The notes beneath the pieces are model-generated. The model did no database searches, had not been told where the DNA came from, and saw only the letters and a program-made list of their open reading frames with translations. Shown here in pieces: positions 63,750 to 64,000 of a stretch of DNA of 64,000 nucleotides. The stretch is from IMG/VR virus record IMGVR_UViG_3300032280_000594. One strand, 5' to 3'. The stretch's first letter is position 1. Every line of letters begins with the position of its first letter. The stretch is from a virus. Lineage: Duplodnaviria; Heunggongvirae; Uroviricota; Caudoviricetes. The translations under genes and the position numbers were made by a program.

Positions 63750-64000
63750 TATCCTAATAGTTCTTTTAATTTTTCATTACGTTCGATCATTGTTTTAAAT
63801 TGTGGATCATTGAAAACCCATTCTCCAAAAACTTTTGAAGGTACACGTCTTACTCTACAGTTATCATTTTCTTGATAGTTGTAGGTTGCTGTAACTCTAT
63901 CCCAAGATTTACTGAATACTTTTACGGTAACTGACTTTTTATTTTTTCTAATAACTCGAATCTTATCTTTTGGATGTAGTCCACCTTGGTATCCAGTTTT
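63750..64000 (-). CDS. FamB protein, C-terminal part (gene starts beyond window end)
   Basis: RC of 63750-64000 is an open frame ending ...KTMIERNEKLKELLG-stop; TAATG junction with the 63749 start. Confidence 0.4.

Noticed and set aside
1-64000. A bacterial chromosome or a eukaryotic giant virus as source
   Set aside because: The median gene is about 100 aa, there are no large housekeeping genes in 64 kb, and a homing endonuclease plus arrays of overlapping paralogs argue for a phage. Lipobox lipoproteins and an SLT enzyme argue against a eukaryotic virus.

Overview
This is an AT-rich, gene-dense window of about 150 mostly small ORFs on both strands. There are no rRNA, tRNA or CRISPR features, and very few Shine-Dalgarno motifs, even upstream of unambiguous genes (folD, mgsA, ung, SPFH). 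Gene size, frequent ATGA/TAATG stop-start overlaps in long head-to-tail arrays, a free-standing GIY-YIG homing endonuclease and scattered auxiliary metabolic genes point to a large virulent dsDNA phage. The host cannot be named from sequence. Lipobox lipoproteins and SD-less initiation are compatible with a Bacteroidota-like host; that is inference.

More than half of the genes belong to two hyper-expanded small-protein families.
- FamA has about 27 intact members, 2 pseudogenes and 6 unrelated proteins carrying the leader. It shares a near-invariant N-terminal leader M-[RK]-[YH]-[LI]-K-[RKP]-F-N-E-[SA], plus core motifs [DE]-F-C-E-x-[YN]-L-A-Y-L-[LMI]-D-[ED]-G-F and W-x-[DE]-[IV]-K-D-[HY]-x-I-P-F-[LV].
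- FamB has about 45 members of 55-140 aa. They share a C-terminal tail R-[DE]-x-K-L-[KN]-[EQ]-L-G-[IL]-COOH (variant W-R-x-x-Q-[LI]-[NE]-x-[LI]-L) and often an N-terminus like M-K-[LVW]-[IV]-[KRC]-C-[IV].
Both tags are conserved at protein level with synonymous nucleotide variation.

Other recognisable genes:
- family-1 uracil-DNA glycosylase, sitting in a compositionally foreign island;
- FolD;
- methylglyoxal synthase;
- a class I SAM methyltransferase and an FkbM-type methyltransferase;
- a lytic transglycosylase (SLT);
- SPFH/band-7 protein with a small membrane partner;
- two DoxX-like membrane proteins;
- a PspC-domain protein and a DUF805 protein;
- three lipoproteins;
- three HAD hydrolases;
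- a P-loop ATPase and an alpha/beta hydrolase;
- a ribbon-helix-helix protein;
- a 751-aa protein with about 11 DnaJ-type CxxCxGxG zinc-finger repeats.

Non-coding features:
- a 2.3-kb low-coding hub (14.25-16.6 kb) with direct repeats and palindromes;
- a dispersed family of A/T-stem hairpins with a CCGT/ACGG loop (9 copies);
- about a dozen hairpin-plus-T-run terminators;
- several decayed family members (nonsense, frameshift and deletion pseudogenes, duplicated gene fragments).

All coordinates for ORFs not in the supplied track are from manual reading and may be off by a few bases.
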